Shown here: piece by piece, positions 60,201-64,000 of the stretch
How positions within the stretch are numbered: the stretch's first letter is position 1
How the letters are laid out: every line of letters starts with the position of its first letter
DNA from: Schmidtea nova
Lineage: Eukaryota
DNA: 64,000 nucleotides
Direction: 5' to 3'
Assembly (NCBI GenBank): GCA_044892505.1
Contig: CM097883.1
Location: 138,322,001 to 138,386,000, forward strand
Position numbers and translations under genes: made by a program
Notes under the pieces: model-generated
Databases searched by the model: none
What the model was told of the DNA's origin: nothing
What the model saw: the letters and a program-made list of their open reading frames with translations, nothing else

Positions 60201-62181
60201 GCAACTCGAAGTTCTTGGTCAAGGCCCTTCAAGCACGACCGCTTATCATTTTTTATTAAAACTAGAGTTGAAAAACTTTCTTCACATATGAACGTGGTTG
60301 AAAATGGGAGCAGAACTTCAATAGCCTTTTCGGAAATTCGAGGATATTCTTCCTTAACCGCAATCCAAAACTTATCCAATGAAACGTCGGAAAATTTTAT
60401 TCTTAGCGTCCCATCGTTCCTCAAGTCGAAAAATTCGTCTCGAATTTCAAGGGAAAGAGCTACTGTAGAATTTTCTGACGTTTTTCTGACGTGCAATTAA
60501 TTTTGCAACGTGGTAACTAGCTTCTAACGCTTTGTCAGAAATTGTAACGGACGATCTCATAAATTGCCTCTGTTTTAAATTTTGATTTAAAAGCCGCTGA
60601 AAATATTGTTTGTCCTTGTTGGCGCAATTGGGATGTTTTGATTTTAGATGGCGAATCAGTTTACTTGGCACCATTGCCTCGTTGGAAAGCTGTTCTCTGC
60701 AAATTACGCATTCTGGTTTCGGAGCCGCTTCTTCACCACACCATGAAAATCCGTATTGAATATATTCTGCATTGTATTGCCTTTTCACTATCTTCGGTCT
60801 TTTTACATCATTGCTCGTGCTGGGTTCATCAACATTTGTCGATAAAGTTGAACATTCTTTACGCAAAAACTTGTCCATATTTAAAATTATATAAAGTAAA
60901 TATGAATAAAATAATTTTATTATTACACGCCCAGGTACAAATATTATTAGTAATCGTAAAATATTTTAAATGTTATTTTAATTGTAATATTTATATATTA
61001 AAAATTATTCAAATTCAATATTTAGAATTGAGCGCTAGTCAAGTTATTTACAAAAATAATTATTTGAATATTTAAAATTATATAAAGTAAATATGAATAA
61101 AATAATTTTATTATTACACGCCCAGGTACAAATATTATTAGTAATCGTAAAATATTTTAAATGTTATTTTAATTGTAATATTTAAATATTAAAAATTATT
61201 CAAATTCAATATTTAGAATTGAGCGCTAGTCAAGTTATTTAGAAAAATAATTAGTTGAATACTTACATTAATTTTTATCTTCTAAATTCACAAAATCACA
61301 GAGAGATGAGTACACTATAAAAGCTAACTTACGAATGAAAATTTAAAATCATCATCTGATTCAATAAAATAATGGATCAGTTGTCCGAAGTCAACGAAAA
61401 CAAATTTCTCTAAAATTTCTTGTATTTATTGTTCAGGCTGTAAAACTTGGTAGCACAACATAAGACAATAAATTTAAATGTGAACAACCTGAAATGTAAT
61501 TTTTTAACCCATGTTTATTGACCGAATATTTTGTCAACAACGCAATTATTTGTAAACAAGATAGATATAAGCATAACGCACGTGTCCGTCATAAACCCTA
61601 TATTTTTTTTCTCGGATAGGCATTGCGCCGCGGCAAACCGGTTGCGGAGCTCTGACCCCAAACCGAATACAAAAGGAAACCGAAAATTCTTCTAAAACGA
61701 TATTATAAAAATGAAGAATGTGCGAGGACACTTTATAGCTAGAATATGCATTTATGAAGTGAAAGTACAACAAGAAAATTGTAAAAGCGTGAGCAGCAAA
61801 GAAGAAAAATCGTTCATGGAAGAGGAGGAATATTATGTAGCCGGGTGGGAATGAGGAACTAAATATCGAGTATGCCTCTACAAAAAATTAAATGAACATC
61901 CAAAATGCCAATTTATTTTGAAATTACCTAGACAATGGCCAAGTATAGAGAAGTTCGAATATGGAAACAATTTGGGAGAAGTCAAGACGGAAGAAAAATA
62001 TGAGATATGCAATGGACCAGAACTCAATGGAATGTGGATGCAAGGACTACCACCAATGATAAATCCATCAATAATGAAAACAGACATATCGAACCACAGA
62101 TTAATTATATGGGGGAATGCGAAACCTACATTTCGGCCCCTAGGAGACGTTGGTGTAACAAACGAAACGAAGTATAAATAA
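57298..62181 (+). mobile_element. Decayed relative of the giant retroelement: integrase tail, ankyrin repeats, signal-like segment
   Basis: MDLEYQPLISQYM..NQESYKELHDK..KGPYEV parallels IDLKFQAPISQYM..QQESYKECYDK..KGPYLV of the polyprotein; ANK-like TPLNVALRKG, KGQTPIML, DNNDETVL; stops and frameshifts. Confidence 0.72.
59935..61654 (-). mobile_element. Internally deleted hAT/Buster transposon with a 191-bp internal tandem duplication (60880-61261)
   Basis: TIR CAG(C/A)GCTCCGCAACC; 8-bp TSD ACCCCAAA with a 1-nt offset; BED-type CVIC..RHLKSKH N-terminus joined to LPFSTTFICEESFS..QAQVSH C-terminus. Confidence 0.92.
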
Positions 62182-63814
62182 TGTACAAAATATATAGTAT
62201 TATAAAAGTATGGTAAAATTGGATAATGAAAAAAACTACCAAAAATAAAAAATGTGTGTATCCTTTAACTGGCCGAAACAAATGAAAGAGATTTCTCAAA
62301 TTCAAAGCTTTTTGACAGAAAATTTTCAATTAGAAGATGAATTGTTCGGAGAGCCAGAAAAAACGTTTGTGTAAATAATCGAATAAAATGTAAAATGCAA
62401 AGAAAAACCTATAAAAAAACAAATAAAATTTTCGAAACCAAAAGATAAAAAATAACCCTGTTAGAAACGTGGAAAGAAAAAGTTAAGAGAAAATTAAAGA
62501 TATGAATTAAATTACTGAAGCAGAGACCAACTTAAATCATAAGAAATTTGAGAGAATACGAAACAATCGATATAATCAAAAGAAATAAATCTTAGAAATA
62601 AAAAGCTAAACCAAAGACCGAAAAGAAGCCAGAAAATCTAGTCGAGAACCCTAAAAAAATTGCCAATTAAAACGAAAATTAAATTTTTGAAGAAGAAATA
62701 AAATTCCCGGCCTATGATCAATCCACTTTCGAAACATTTACCACCAATACACTGAAAAATCGTTCGATGAATAATAATATGATTAAGATCAGATAACCCA
62801 TAAAATCTACATATGTGCCGCTTCTGAAATAGAGAAACATTATTCTCATTATTTATCGTAATTTGAAAATCTTTTAAAAATAAACCAAGCCAAATGATGA
62901 ACTTCTATCTAGAAAATCACCTTAATCGACAAAATTTTAATAACCAGCGGTCACATCAGAAAACCCAAGAATCGAAACAATCAAATCTAACCTGATCCAA
63001 ATCAAAAATTAGTTCAATAAAGAAACCAGACCAAACTGAGAAAGAGACTGAGCATACCCAATCATTTTATAATTGCTCCGCTCTATTATCAAACGAATCG
63101 TCAACCATTTCAACCAAAGCAGATCAATCTGGCTATATGAGGAGTAGTGGATTGGCCAAGCGCAAGTTCTGTTCAAAATAATTAACGTCTAGGATCCTAT
63201 TACATTTTTTTAAATGTGATATGGTATTCAAAGACGCAAATGAATATTTTATTTATAGTACAGTATTTATATTTATTTATATCAAATTATATAACTCTTA
63301 TGACTACATAAAAATGCGAACATGATAGAAATGAATCGGAAATATGCATTCGTATCGTCAATCGGCTTTGCTCAATAAACGTCGTCTTTACTTCGCTATG
63401 AAAGAATTCGCAAAGTCGATCGGAAAGTCATATGTATAAAAGTTCATAAATGACTACTCGAAGAACAATGCAAATGTTATATTGAAGTGTGCTTACAGAT
63501 GATACTCGATAATAGTTCGTTGAATTTTTACTCTAAATCGTGAACATCATTGATAAAAATTTCTAAGAACTGCATATAGAATTTTGAGTATTAGAGATCG
63601 CCAAAAGAACCGGCTTGAAATTTTATATATACCTTATTTTTAGAAACTCGTATATGATCGGGATTAATTTTTGTAAAAATTATAATTTACTTTTAAAGAT
63701 AATTTAATATATAAAATTTTTTTTGATTGAATTATTTAGATTGTGAAATTCGTGAATAAAAATTTCATTATTGTATAAATCTTTTAAATTTTCAAAAATG
63801 GTTATAAAAATAAA

Positions 63815-64000
63815 TGTTGGGCAAAAACTGAGATTTGTTTAAAAAGCGCGGTATTATAATATGTAGAGAGCGAGCGAGAAAGTAGACTTGAAATTTATAA
63901 TATGTAGAGAGCGCGCGAGGAAGTAGATTTGAAATTCTATGAACCCAAACACCAAATACAACCCAGTAGCAGTAGAACACCTGAAATAGTTGATTAGAAT
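63815..64000 (+). repeat. Start of a TGTTGGGC-family LTR, running off the window
   Basis: tgttgggcaaaaactg and two gtagagagcg(c/a)gc motifs shared with 23114 and 46626. Confidence 0.55.

Overview
AT-rich eukaryotic (animal) draft scaffold with five N gaps, almost entirely nested transposon debris around one intact host gene, a beta-tubulin with a single 50-nt intron (39170-40554). A triclad flatworm source is my inference from composition, the short intron and the tubulin sequence; it is not shown. The dominant feature is an apparently intact giant Ty3/Gypsy-type retroelement (1-14613, 5' end outside the window). Its single ORF of at least 3287 aa reads: gag with 4 CCHC knuckles, two ubiquitin-like domains, a Bcl-2-like domain, a signal peptide plus chuvirus/gB-type envelope glycoprotein, protease, RT, RNase H, integrase, and a second signal peptide plus FN3-like type I membrane protein. 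A separate ISG20/REX4-like DEDDh exonuclease ORF and a 764-bp 3' LTR follow. A decayed relative (57298 onward) has ankyrin repeats in the post-integrase slot. The rest holds Merlin, hAT/Buster, Tigger/pogo, Tc1, BEL/Pao, Gypsy, Polinton pPolB and Penelope remnants, a family of TGTTGGG...CCAACA LTR-like units, and a 4-copy ~245-bp repeat with covarying stems. There are also chimeric host-gene fragments (proteasome alpha-6, ABCD transporter, NR2 nuclear receptor); the first two lie downstream of a recurrent GCGTCTGTGTGCGC motif. All domain calls are by-eye motif recognition; no database searches were run.
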